A stretch of DNA of 64,000 nucleotides from the NCBI GenBank assembly GCA_964016885.1, contig OZ024741.1, positions 214,954,001 to 215,018,000 of the forward strand, in the 5' to 3' direction. The position numbers were made by a program, and so were the translations under genes. This DNA comes from Eledone cirrhosa (lineage: Eukaryota). Under the pieces are notes generated by a model. It was not told the origin of the DNA. It saw only the letters and a list, made by a program, of their open reading frames with translations, and ran no database searches. Positions 35,630 through 48,535 of the stretch are shown piece after piece. Numbering within the stretch: the first letter of the stretch is position 1; the number at the start of each line of letters is the position of its first letter.

Positions 35630-38600
35630 ATGGCGACTATACAAGTTGGATGTTTGAATATATGTGGCCTGGGCATGCCCTGGAAACATGGCCAGCTTTT
35701 AAATGATCTCAGTCACATTGTATATATGTGATAGCCATCACCCAGTCCAAGATTCACGACGAGCAGCAGCCAACCTCCATGTTCGATGACTTTGAGATCT
35801 ACGCATCTCTCTGTCAGCCAGGCGGTGGAGGGGGAGTTGCTGTTCTGTTTCGAAAAAACTTGGATCTCAAAGCACAGACAAATCACATGGACCCGGAGGG
35901 CAGCTTGGTGGTCCTGGACGTGAATGGTAATGAAGGTGGAGCTTTCAGACTGGTGGCCGTATATACTGCGACTGAGACATCGCGAGCAGAGTTCTTCAAG
36001 CGTCTGGAGCCATTCCTGGGAACGTCTCGCTCCTTAGTGTTAGCGTAGGACTGGAATGGCATCTTAGATGCACGCTGGGACTATGTAGGTGGTGGAGCTC
36101 TCTCAAGAGAGCGATTAGAATAGAATCTATAGCATTTAGCAATGAAGTAGCTTTAGAAAAAAACAAAACCGAAAAGAAACTGGTAGCTAAAGTAGAAGAG
36201 GCACTTAGGAATGGCAGCTGACGTGCTAGCGGCGAGAACGGCACTAGACCAGTTCTTCAACGTGAAACACGAAGGTTATATTGTCAGAAGTAGAACACGT
36301 GCTCTAAGAAACGAGGGATCTAAAGCTGTTAGCTGGGCCCGAGTGGTAAAGGCGAAAAGTGGCAACAAATCCACAATTCGGTCTTTGTAAGATAAAGATA
36401 GACGCATTCTACTTGAAACCAAACAGATGTGCACGGCCTTCAAGCAACTGTTCGGGCAAAGCGGTACATCGAGCGACTTGATGGACTTCAGCGCCTACCT
36501 CGACGGCGTATCACGACTCACGAGCACGGATGCGGAGAGCTGCGAAAGGCCAATCACAGCGGGGGAAATAGAACATGTCCTAGGCCGCTAGGGTAACCGC
36601 ATATCAACCGGTTTAGATGGTCTACCCTATGAATTTTACATAGGCATGCCAGACTTGTTCTCTGGCGTCCTCGAAGCGGTCTACTGCAACTGGCAGCAGA
36701 ACGGAATGATTCCCAGTTCTATAGGCAGAGGCGTAGTATACGCTGATCAGGAAAGATGAGAACAAGGGGGATGAGATAAACAATTCCAGGCCCATAACTC
36801 TGCTCAACACAGAGTTAAAGATTTTGGCCAAGGTGTTAGCAGCGAGACTGGCGCTTGTCGTCGAGAACCTGGTAGGGGAAGCGCAAACGTGTGCAATCCC
36901 AACCAGGTCCATACACGACAACCTCCACCTCATGCGACACATCATAGAGAGGGTAAGGTGTAAACCTGGCTTCGGTGGGGCTCTGATCAATTTAGATCAG
37001 TCTAAGGCATTTGATAGGGTCGACCATCAATACTTAGAAGCGGTTCTCAAGGCGGCCGGCTTCGGTTTCGTCTTCAGAGGCTGGATCGCTGCCTTGCACA
37101 CCAGCATCTCCTCGGCAGTCAAGGTGAATGGCTACCTATCGGAGCCATTTCAAATCATGCGTTCCATCCGTCATGGATTCCCTCTCTCCTCCATTATGTA
37201 TGTACTGACTCACGAGCCATTACTGCGGAAGTTGGAGCTGTTGCAGGGCATCCCCATCGAACCAGGACTGCGGAAAGCAGCGTGGGCCTATGACAACGAC
37301 ATAACCGCAATGGTGTCGAAAACCTCGGAAATCGGTGTAATCGGCAACCTATTACAGGAATATGAAACGTTGACAGGAGCAAGACTAAACCCAACTCGGC
37401 ACATGGAGAGGAAAACCCATGCTTTCCGACAATGTCGTTTGACGCTGGATGGAAGGACCGGTGAAATTGCTCGGGGTATGGTTCGGTCCAGACTTTCACG
37501 TGGCCAAGAGCTGGAACGAGGTCACGGCGAAGGTGTTTTCACTCACAATGGAGTGGGCTGAGTACTAACTCTCCTTGAAATGTCGAGCGGAGGTGGCGAA
37601 CACTTACATAGCGCCCGTCATCTACTACCGCTTGACAGTCGTGCCTTGTCCTCGCGAATACCTCACCAAAAGGGAACGCCTACTCCTCAAGTTCCTCTGA
37701 AAGAAACAGGCTCCATTGTTGAGGAGATCCATCTGCTGTCAACACCCTTCTAACGGATGGCTGGGCATGCGGTGACTGATGATGCGCAAACACGCGCTGA
37801 GGCTACGCCACCTCCAAGTATTCCTGACCGGTGAACCGGTGTGGATGTCGTTTGTGATAGAAGCACATCCACAACTCTTCACACTAACTGAGCTGCAGTC
37901 CTGGATCAAGCGAAGACCGAAAATGGGTGCCTGGCACCTCGAGTGCCTGGCACCTCGAGTGCCTGGCATCTCGAGTGCCTACAGGAGCTCACAGCCCTAT
38001 ACCAATCGTAAACGGCAATCAGCGGGGACTCCATTTCGACATTCTATAGAGGATTAGATTAGGATAAGTGCTACGACGTTCTCGGGGAAACTCTAGACAT
38101 CGAGATGGACGAACTGACCAGACTGTTCGGGAGGACTTTCCGTCCAGGGCCTATGGATAACTTCTAGAGGTCTCTAGCCTGGCAGTGCTACCGAGGAGCT
38201 CTACCAGTTCGAGACAAAATCTACAGGCACGGACGCCCTGCCAGATATTCTGCTAAAAGGACCAGTCCAAGATGCGAGCAGGACATCGAAACCGTTCTGC
38301 ACGCAATTTTTCAGTGCCCTGGGGTGACAGACCTGTGGAATTATGTTGAACAGCTACTGTCACGTGTGAGATGCATATAGTTGTCAGCCGAGAATGAAGG
38401 AGAGGCGGTTTTCCTCTGTCTGGTGGCTATGGCGAAAGAGGTAATATGGTGGACGAGGTTAAAAGGACTGAGGGCAAACACCCTTCTCTCCGGTCAACAA
38501 GTTATCCCCTTCTTTAAATGTCACTTCAGAAGGAAGGTGAGAGTGGAGAGAGAGAGAGGTGCTACACCCCAGTAAATTCGCTGAAAGGTGGGTGAATGTG

Positions 38601-38648
38601 GCAAAAATGGCCCGAGTTAATGGGCCATCTCTGTATATATACCTGTAG
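35630..38648 (+). pseudogene. Tx1 ORF2, multiply disrupted
   Basis: MATIQVGCLN, LDQSKAFDRVDH, YADD degraded to YDND; many stops; large deletion near 36085. Confidence 0.88.
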
Positions 38649-38805
38649 GTTGAGGAAGATAAATAGTGGGAAGACAGGAACACCTACAAAACGTGTTCCT
38701 GGTGTTGAGGGTTGTTCTATCCACGGGGTGTAAAACAACCCTACAGTAACGTTCCCCCCTATTGGGGATTTCACTTATTATTTTATTATATATAGTTTAA
38801 TGTTA

Positions 38806-38994
38806 TTTATTAAATGTTTCTACTTTCGGCACAAGGCCAGCAAATTAACAGTACATTACTGGTACTTTATTTTATCGACCTCGTAAGGATGAAAGGCAAA
38901 GTTAACCTCGGCGGGATTTGAACTCAGAACGTAAAGGGACGTAACTATGCTGGAAAGCAAGGCGTCCGACTCTCTACCGATACTGCCAATCCAC
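38806..38994 (-). mobile_element. Nin/Deu-type SINE inserted in the 3' UTR of Tx1 copy 2
   Basis: SINE consensus match; 8-bp TSD taatgtta at 38798-38805 and 38995-39002. Confidence 0.85.
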
Positions 38995-39117
38995 TAATGT
39001 TAAAGTTATATGATTTTTATGTAAAACCCCCGCCGTCACGTCTTGTAATGTCTCATTTTTGTACGTCCCTGTGGCAAGTAAAGAAAGATATCTATCTATC
39101 TATTTATCTATCTATCA

Positions 39118-39155
<38 letters not shown>

Positions 39156-39396
39156 TTGTCTGTCTGTCTAACTATTTTACTCTTTATATAATTAAATATG
39201 TATATATATGCATATGTGTATTTTTCTCTCTATACATATAGTATATTAATATGTATAATTACATTTATATATACATACATAAAACGCACACACAGACAGA
39301 TATATATATATACATACACATACATATATATATATATACATATATACATATATTTAAATGTTTATGTATATAGGAGTGTGCGTAGGTAATATATAT

Positions 39397-39428
<32 letters not shown>

Positions 39429-39440
39429 AAATGAATATAT

Positions 39441-39497
<57 letters not shown>

Positions 39498-39842
39498 AAC
39501 GAGTAGGACTCTGACGGCTGAGCTCAAGCCGTTTCGACGGCTAATTCTGGTCGGCTAAGTCCAGAATTAGCCGTCGAAACGGCTTGAGCTCAGCCGACGG
39601 GGTCCTACTCGTTCCTATTACCCACTCTACTACCCTAAGTATTGAGTACTTTGGTGCGTTATGGTCCACCTGGTTCCTTACCACATTTCCTTCGTTATAT
39701 ATATATTAATATATATATTATATATATGTGTGTGTTTAAGCGTTTATGTATACATATGTGTGCAGCACGTTTTCGTGGGATTTTCTTGTATATTGTTAAA
39801 CAGCTTCCAAGGATTTTCCTATATATATATATAGATATATAG

Positions 39843-39941
<99 letters not shown>

Positions 39942-39989
39942 GTATATATATATATACATTTATTTATTTATTTTTATCTTTTATTCATT

Positions 39990-40325
39990 CATTGCCACAA
40001 TCTGATTAGTGGATTTATGAGAATTAGCAAAGTCCTGTCTTGATTTTAACTAGCGACAGTTAAGCCAGACAACAGACAGGCTAGACGGGATAGACGGGAT
40101 AGAGAGAGCTTTTGTGGCAAGGTCTAGATTTATATCTATAGGATGTTCAAATAAACATCAACTCTAGAAAGGTTTCTTCCGTATAATAAGATAAGTCTGG
40201 TTGGTGTAAGATAGAGCTGGGTGTGTAGAGGGATTAGACCGTAGCACATATGGAGTGTGACAGGGATGGGTGTAGTCTTCTTAGACTAAGGCTGTCAAGT
40301 CCAGCTTGCACAATCTTCCAGATCA
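39990..40325 (-). mobile_element. Possible old LINE 3' fragment
   Basis: Minus-strand translation [11 protein letters not shown] resembles the L..L..RR motif near CR1/L2 ORF2 ends; otherwise decayed. Confidence 0.35.
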
Positions 40326-40355
40326 CACAATAGGCCATAAACCAGATATAAAAAC

Positions 40356-40406
<51 letters not shown>

Positions 40407-40661
40407 ACAAAAACGCACACACAGACACGCTCACACACATAAATGCACCCACACGAACACACACATTCATATATATATATATATATATATATTTGTGTAT
40501 ATATGTATATATATGAATATATATATCCACACACACGCACACAAACACGCACGCACACACACACACACACACACTCATGTATATATTTATATATATATAT
40601 ATATATATATATTAGGTAAATTTTATCTGACTGTTCTTCAAACTTATATTTTATATATATA

Positions 40662-40779
<118 letters not shown>

Positions 40780-41006
40780 TACTTTTGCGAGGTTTTTGAT
40801 ATGAAATCGTGTGTCGAAACAAATATTGTTATACTTGTTGTAATAGTATTGCCAGAATTAATAAAAGAACACACTCACTGTTTGGTTGGTTTTCGCTTCT
40901 GTATCTTTTATATCAGTTAATATAATCGGTCCTCAATGTTTACCATTGACTAACCAACGGTCAAAAATACAGATACAATATAGACACAAACACATATATA
41001 TAATCT

Positions 41007-41048
41007 AACAAAGTTCTTTCGTTGCACATCTGCAACATCGTCAGTGGT
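41007..41048 (-). ncRNA. Minimal hammerhead ribozyme
   Basis: acca-CTGACGA-t gttgca gatg tgcaac-GAAA-G AA C-TT-tgtt. Confidence 0.55.
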
Positions 41049-41578
41049 GCTATTATGTTTCCTCCTGTTGTATTGTATGTCTACGCCATCTTTATTTAAT
41101 CTGTTTAATTATTTATTTATTTATTTTTGTCTTCTTCTCTGCGCATGCGTTTGCGTGTGTGTATAGTGTTTGATGTGTGTTCGTGTTTGGGTGACAGTGT
41201 TTTTGTTATTGTATTCTATCTTAGTTTACTAGTGTGTGTTTATATGTGTTTGTTGTTATTGTGCTTGTGTATGTATTTATTTATTTATTTATTTATATTT
41301 CTCTTAGGTCAGTATTGTTTGTTTGGGTGTTGTTGTTATTCCATTCATTTTTTCTGTTTAGCTTTGGCCTTCTAAGTTCTATTTCACTGGCCTCTCTGAT
41401 TTGCCTATCTGCTGGGTCATTTCTATTTTTAGATATTATATAATACATTCAACAAAAAAAAAAAGCAAACTCCTTATTTTACTGCAAGAATAACAGAAAA
41501 ACAACTACTATCACAATCAACAAAAAAAAAAGCAAATTCCTTGCTACAAACGAAATACAGTTAGAAATGGTTAATGAT

Positions 41579-42277
41579 TTATTGAGACACTTGTATCTGC
41601 TTATTGTGCGATAACTTCTCCACATCAGGTGAAATATTTGTCGATGACAGGAGCAAAACATCATCCAGGTGGTCGTCACGCAACCTTGTTCTTAAATGAC
41701 TTTTAGTATATTTCATTTTGGAAAAAAGTTGTTCACAAGCATATGTACTTCCAAACAATGATATCATCAGTTTCGCATTAGTCAAGATGTTTTTATATAT
41801 TCCGCTTGGCAATATATATTTCTTGTAGAAGTCAGCAGTGGATTCGAACTGAAATTTCGATTTCAAAGATTCGTCGCACTGTAAGTCAATTAACTCCAAC
41901 TGATATTCTTCTGCCACTTGCTCCACATCCGTTTCATAAGAAGTACCAAATAACTTAAATAGAGTTCCATATTGCCGGAAGTCAGCAAAACGAGAGGAAA
42001 ACTCGCTTCTCAAATCCTTAATAGAGCTCACAAAGATGTCTGGTATTATATCTCTCTTGTGATTTCGGAGACTTGGGAAATGAAAGTAAAAACTGTTGTA
42101 ATGATTATGACGAGTTTCATAGTGCCGTTTAATATTTGAAACTTTCTTCACGGCAATGGTTTCTTGACAAATTAAGCAAACACATTTTTCGAAGTGCTCA
42201 ATGAAAAAATAGCTAAGTGTCCAGCCATCGTTAAAGGTTAGGCACTCCAAATCCACTTTTCTTTTCTTAGCTTCCAT
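41579..42277 (-). CDS. Internally deleted hAT transposase: BED finger fused in frame to the hAT C-terminal dimerisation region (232 aa)
   Basis: MEAKKRKVD...CLIC..IAVKKVSNIKRHYETRH joined directly to HFPSL...ELIDLQC...LFGSTYACEQLFSKMKYTKSHLRTRLRD. Confidence 0.75.
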   Translation of the reverse strand: MEAKKRKVDLECLTFNDGWTLSYFFIEHFEKCVCLICQETIAVKKVSNIKRHYETRHNHYNSFYFHFPSLRNHKRDIIPDIFVSSIKDLRSEFSSRFADFRQYGTLFKLFGTSYETDVEQVAEEYQLELIDLQCDESLKSKFQFESTADFYKKYILPSGIYKNILTNAKLMISLFGSTYACEQLFSKMKYTKSHLRTRLRDDHLDDVLLLSSTNISPDVEKLSHNKQIQVSQ

Positions 42278-42888
42278 TGGCTTGTTTTTGTTCAAACAAA
42301 AGAGATTTATGGAAATGAAAAAGAACAAAAAGTATAATAATCAGAATGAAGAAAAAGAAACAATGAAAACAAAGGTAAATGCAAATACAGTAATGCGATA
42401 AAATATGATAATTGTGAATAAATTGTATAAAATCAGGTTTCTAACGACGTTGTTAGAGTAGGGTTGCCATTTGTTATTTTAAACCACTTTTGGCCTAATT
42501 CTAATAATAATAATTCACACAAATTATCACAAATAATTAAATAAACGTTATTATCGAATAAAGATACCTACTGTATAGTTGTTATGCCACCAGACAACAA
42601 ACTCAAATGAAAATACTCTGGGCAGGAGGGAACGAAGTAATTTTTCCACGGACAGCTTTACCTTGTGCCGGGGGGCACAGGTAAGGTCAGGCAAACGAAG
42701 ACGACAATAATTCACGTGTGATTTTATTGAATGACAATATGGGTATAAAAGAGAGTCATGCGAACCTAAGGTAGTATACCTTCCAGTCGCTGACGAAAAT
42801 GCATACTTCCAGCCAATATTTGTGTTTGTTGACTGGAACAAAAACACATACATGAAATCACGGGAAATAATAATACAGGTGATATAAT

Positions 42889-43077
42889 TGTTTCTAATTT
42901 TGGCACAAGGCCAGCAATTACTCAGTGCATTACTGGTACTTTATTTTATCGACCTCGTAAGGATAAAAGGAAAAGTTAATCTCGGCGGGATTTGAACACA
43001 GAATGGCAAGGGTCGTAACTCTCTGCGTCAAAGCATGGCGTCCGACCTTCTACCGACACTGCCAATCCACCGCCTGA
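42889..43077 (-). mobile_element. Nin/Deu-type SINE
   Basis: Full SINE with 17-bp TSD aatacaggtgatataat (42872-42888, 43078-43094). Confidence 0.88.
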
Positions 43078-43139
43078 AATACAGGTGATATAATGCTTGG
43101 AGGAAAGCCCAGAAAAAGATGGATAAGAGGAAATAATAA

Positions 43140-43327
43140 TTATTTCTACTATTGGCACAAGGCCAGCAATTACCCAGTACATTACGGGTACTTTATTTTA
43201 TCGACACCGTAAGGATGAAAGGCAAAGTTAACCTCGGCGAGATTTGAACACAGAATGGCAAGGGCCGTAACTCTATGCGTCAAAGCATGGTGTCCGACAC
43301 TCTACCGATACTGCCAATCCACCGCCC
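43140..43327 (-). mobile_element. Nin/Deu-type SINE
   Basis: Full SINE with 16-bp TSD taagaggaaataataa (43124-43139, 43328-43343). Confidence 0.88.
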
Positions 43328-43862
43328 TAAGAGGAAATAATAAATGGAAAATATAATGGAAAATATAATAAGGTTACAAAGGTATCTGTAAATATTTACG
43401 GTATGAGCAGCGATTTGTGATGGGCATCAGGTCGGCATAACTTTGAAGTGAACTAGTGTATCTGTATTCGATACTAATTCGATAATTAGTGTCCAGTGTA
43501 AGATGGCGGCCCGGTCAAAAATCAGTCGAGGGCCGGATGTGGCCCGCGGGCCGGGGGTTTCCGACCCCTGGTTTAGACAAATCACAGAGGCAATAAACAT
43601 AAATGAACTCCAACCAAAATTAAATAGAAAACATGAATGGAATAGCAACATGACAACATACAATTAAGGACAAAATGAAAACACACACACACACATAGAA
43701 CAAACAACCAACTAGTAACATGTAAATAAACAAATAAATAAACAAATAAAAACACACACAGACACCCGGATGTAACACATGCGCAAACTAAGCACACAAC
43801 ACACACAAAGATGGCGTAGAACAAAACAAAGAAGAGGCACAAAACAAAGAAAAGAATCCCCG

Positions 43863-43905
43863 GTCACTGATGAAGTCACAGAACGTGTGACGAAAGAACT
43901 TTGAC
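43863..43905 (+). ncRNA. Minimal type I hammerhead ribozyme
   Basis: gtca-CTGATGA-a gtcaca gaacg tgtgac-GAAA-G AA C-TT-tgac. Confidence 0.7.
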
Positions 43906-44388
43906 AATATATGAACAACTGTCTGGTTGTGGAACCAACCAACCGGAAATTTGTAAATTTCTTAAATTTATAATTTAATTTATAATAAATTGGAGTGAAA
44001 GCAACTGGTGCGTGTATTTCTTATTGGCAACATATAGTATAACAATATCGGTTTCAACACACGTTTTCAGATAAAGAATCTTGCTAAACAAATTCAGAAA
44101 CGAAATATATATATATATATATATAATAGTCTATATATATATATATATAATAGTCTACAGTTATTATTGCGTATAGCTAGAAACACATATGTATACACAT
44201 ACATAAAGACAATTGAATTGCATAAATATAGGCACACACTCACACAGACACAAACAGACACACAGATATACATACACACATACATTTATATATATTTATA
44301 AATATATATATGCTTGTTTTTGTGTGTGTGTGTGTGTTTGTGTGTGTGTATGTGTATATTTTTGTGTGTGTGTGTTTGTGTGTGTGTT

Positions 44389-44446
<58 letters not shown>

Positions 44447-44763
44447 TGTGTGAGCGTGAGTTTGTGTGTTTGTGTGTGTGTGTGAGTGTGTGTGTGTGTG
44501 CGTGTGCGTGTGTGTGTCTGTGTGTGTGTAGATGTTTGTAATTAATTGAATAATTCATTTTTCTTACAATGCTTTATGTTCGATTGATATGCATCATTGT
44601 AAAAATAAATTATACAAAATCAATCACTATATTTAAAATATAGATTATCGATCTGTCTGTTTTTAATTTTAATATAGGCTATTAATAATTGAAATTTCCA
44701 AATAGCAGTGCACATATACTTTTAAATGGATGTGTTGTTATTACATCTTGGTTGTGTTGGCTT

Positions 44764-45102
<339 letters not shown>

Positions 45103-45217
45103 GGCGTTGTTGTTGTTATTGGTGGTGCTGAAGGAGGAGGTTATATTTATGATGGTGATGATGACCGTTACGGACATCATAAAATATCATCATCGTCTTC
45201 GACATCATCATCTTCAT

Positions 45218-45905
45218 TCGGACGCCATGCTTTGCAGCATAGAGTTATGGCCCTTTATGATATGAGTTCAAATCCCGCCGAGGTTTACTTTGCTTTTCTT
45301 CCTTACGGGGTCGATAAAAGAAAGTACCAGTAATGCGCTGGGTAAATGCTGGCCTTGTGCCAAATGTAGAAACAATTATATTTCGTAAATTTGATATCGG
45401 GGTATGAGGGTTAAGAACACAGGGTATCCAAATAATGGTTTCTGATTTAGGCAGAAGCCCATCAATTTTGGGGTAATGGAAAGTCGATTAAATCAATCTC
45501 AGTTTGTTACTGGTACTTTATATTAACAATCCCGTAAGAAGGACAGGCAAAGCTAACCTCGGCAGGATTTGAACTCAGAACGTAAAAAGCCGTAACTCTA
45601 TGCTGCACAGCATGTTAGCTGACGCTCTACCGATACTACCAATCTAACACCGTGATTTAGGTACAAGGCGAACGATATTAGAGGAGGAAAAAGTCGATTA
45701 ACTCGACCCAAGTACATTACTGGTACTTCATTTTATCGACCCCGTAAGATTGAAAAGTAAAGCTAACCAGGACGGGATTTGAATACAGAACGTAAAGAGA
45801 TGTTTTTGTCTTGTGCCTAATTCAGAGGACGCCATGCTTTGACGCATAGAGTTACGGCCCTTGCCATTCTGAGTTCAAATCCCGCGGGGGTTAACTTTCA
45901 TCCTT
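45218..45905. mobile_element. Cluster of four Nin/Deu-type SINE copies or fragments (+, -, -, +)
   Basis: Matches to the SINE consensus at ~45218-45375, 45440-45650, 45660-45800 and 45826-45905. Confidence 0.75.
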
Positions 45906-45909
45906 AGTC

Positions 45910-47080
45910 TCTGCCTTTCACCCCCCTCTCTCACTTCCTCCCATTTAACCTGTGTGAAATCCTTTTCTCGCTCACATCTCGCCCAGGTCGGATGGTCTTT
46001 ACCTCTCGTCTATGATTTCCCCGAACTTAAATTCATAGATATCACGGACATTTGTTTCTCCTCTTCCTCTCTTTCCGTTGCATTACCATCTATGTTTGTT
46101 TGCATGTATCGCTCTCTTCACCATATTTTACGTGTCCCAATAACTTTATTTAGTCATTGCTCGCACCAACCAGAGGTATATGATCTTTAAAGCGAAGAAA
46201 TACCAATGAAGGTTGGAAGATCACTGATGAAGGACTAATTTTATTCATATATAACCCATGTGCAACCACGGAGCACGCCATTTTTCATATATTTATATTT
46301 TTTCCTCCGCTGCGACCTGTCTGTTTCTTTCATACTGCTTCCCCTTTCTCTGTATCTCTCTCCTTCATTTTACCCCCTCTGCCGGTCGCTCTCTCTCGGC
46401 TGTCCTCTTCCTCACATTTTCACTCACTCACTCTCTGCTTCTCCCCCTCTCTCACTTCCTCTCGTTTGACCTGTGTGAAATCCTTTTCTCGCTCACATCT
46501 CGCCCAGGTCGGATGGTCTTTACCTCTCGTCTATGATTTCCCTGACCTTAAGTTCATAGATAACACGGACTTGTTTCTTCTCTTCCTCTCTTTCCGTTGC
46601 ATTATCATCTCCGTTTGTTTACATGTCTCGCTCGCTTCACCCTAATTTACGTGTTCCAATAACTTTTTTTTTAATTAGTGCTCGCACCAACCAGAGATAT
46701 AGCCAGTCACTCTCTCTCAGCTGGCCTCTTCCTCGCCTTTTCACTCACTCACTCTCTGCTTCTCCCCCTCTCTCACTTCCTCCCGTTTAACCTGTGTGAA
46801 ATCATTTTCTCGCTCACATCTCGCCCAGGTCGGATGGTCTTTACCCCTCGTCTATGATTTCCCTGACCTTAAAGATATCACGGACTTGTTTCTCTTCCTC
46901 TCTTTCCGTTGCATTACCATCTATGTTTGTTTGCATGTATCGCTCTCATCACCCTATTTTACGTGTCCTAATAACTTTCTTTAGTTATTGCTCGCACCAA
47001 CCAGAGGTGTATGATCTTTAAAGTGATGAAATACCAATGAAGGTTGGAAGATCACTGATGAAGGACTAATTTTATTTATA
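45910..47080. repeat. Three partial tandem copies of a CT-rich unit (related fragment at ~62170-62370)
   Basis: cctgtgtgaaatccttttctcgctcacatctcgcccaggtcggatggtc at ~45950, 46470 and 46790; ggttggaagatcactgatgaaggac at ~46211, 47042 and (variant) 62295. Confidence 0.85.
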
Positions 47081-47115
47081 TTTATGAATATCTGTGTGCG
47101 TACTTATATATACAT

Positions 47116-47186
<71 letters not shown>

Positions 47187-47254
47187 GAGGCCAGCTGATG
47201 GAGAGTGAGTTGGAATTTGGCCGGAGTATCGCTAAAAAGCTTTCTCCGATATTG

Positions 47255-47313
<59 letters not shown>

Positions 47314-47652
47314 GTAGGTCCCGGGTTGAGTCGGGGATAACCACAGTAAGTAAGGTACTCAATACATGGCAAAGTAAATTTTTTTTATTTTATAGAAGGA
47401 GCTTCTACGGGACTAGTACTGTTTCATTCAGATGAAATCTTCAGCTTCCTGAAGATTTCATCTGAATAAAACAGTACTAGTCCTGTAGAAGCTCCTTCTA
47501 TAAAATAAAATAAAAATATATATATATATATATATATATATAATAAAGAGTTGGGACCAGACGGCTGAGCTCTTGCCGTTTTAACAGCTAGTACCAGACT
47601 GTCTGTTTGTGTGTGTGTGAATATCTGTGTGCGTATTTATGTATATATGTAG

Positions 47653-47703
<51 letters not shown>

Positions 47704-47773
47704 CACATACACACACACGTACACACATATATATATATATATGTATCTATGTGTGTATATACATATATGTATG

Positions 47774-48379
47774 TCAGGTCACCAGTTGGTGCCACTGGTA
47801 ACATGTATCCCAGTACAACCTGTCTCATGGTCGGGTCGTTGGCGACTAAACTGGCAACCCCACCAAGGTTTCTTGGTGAGGAGGGTGACTTTGGACATCC
47901 TGCAGGACTAAAAACAAAACCTGTCAAAGGGCAAAGGAGCTCTTAAGAGTCAATGGCCATCCAAAATCACTGGGAGAGATGACCCCTTAGCCTTTGTCAA
48001 GGCAGAATTCTAGGAGAAGGAAAACTCCGATATAACACCTGCAACTCTGATGGTATCCAATGATGTTGACTTGTTCTTCTTTTTGGTAAATGCCATATTG
48101 GTTAAGAGAGTGGGACTGGCTTTGTGCAGTGCCTTTGCTCACTATAAAAGCTTCACGGCACAGGCATTGCTTTATATCTGGAGATCTCTCTGCATTTGTT
48201 GTCACATGGTACCATGGGCCCAGCACAATGTGTCAATAATTGTCACAAGTGTAGTGTTTGTATCAGAGTTTTCAAGTCGCTGGCTGGACTAAAAAGTCAC
48301 TCGTTCAGCGCATCGGTAGGGGTTCTCCTACATGGATATAAAGTAGTGGCCGTACTCGAAAACGAGTTGGCAGCCACCA
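47774..48379 (+). mobile_element. Non-coding RTE-like interspersed repeat, longer copy
   Basis: Homologous to 18916-19331 with an additional structured 5' region; flanked by TA/TATG repeats. Confidence 0.55.
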
Positions 48380-48484
48380 TATACATATATATTTCTATAT
48401 TCGTTTATATATGTATGTATATGTGCGTATGTGTATACATTCATACATAAGTACGCACACAGATATTCACACACACACACAGAT

Positions 48485-48535
<51 letters not shown>

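Larger units (their letters stand above)
33491..39088 (+). mobile_element. Tx1/L1-clade LINE copy 2, full length, degenerate
   Basis: (TATC)n on both sides (33421-33490, 39089-39160); ORF1 ~33718-35590 with CFKCGKNTHLKAFC; ORF2 ~35630-38648. Confidence 0.92.
41470..43570 (-). mobile_element. hAT (SPIN/Charlie-like) transposon, internally deleted; only one TIR visible
   Basis: Minus-strand terminus CAGGGGTCGGAAACCCCCGGCCCGCGGGCC at 43570, flanked by the NNNTANNN-type site gtttagac; transposase ORF inside. Confidence 0.85.
40785..44090. repeat. Diverged ~500-600 bp inverted arms (40785-41410 and 43571-44090), PLE pseudo-LTR-like
   Basis: For example tgttattccattcatttttt...gcctctctgatttg versus caaatcacagaggc...gaatggaatagcaaca; each arm carries a hammerhead. 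Confidence 0.65.

Noticed and set aside
46165-46260. CTGATGA motif in the CT-rich tandem repeat (also 47055 and 62308) as a hammerhead
   Set aside because: No downstream stem II-GAAA-stem III arrangement could be built.
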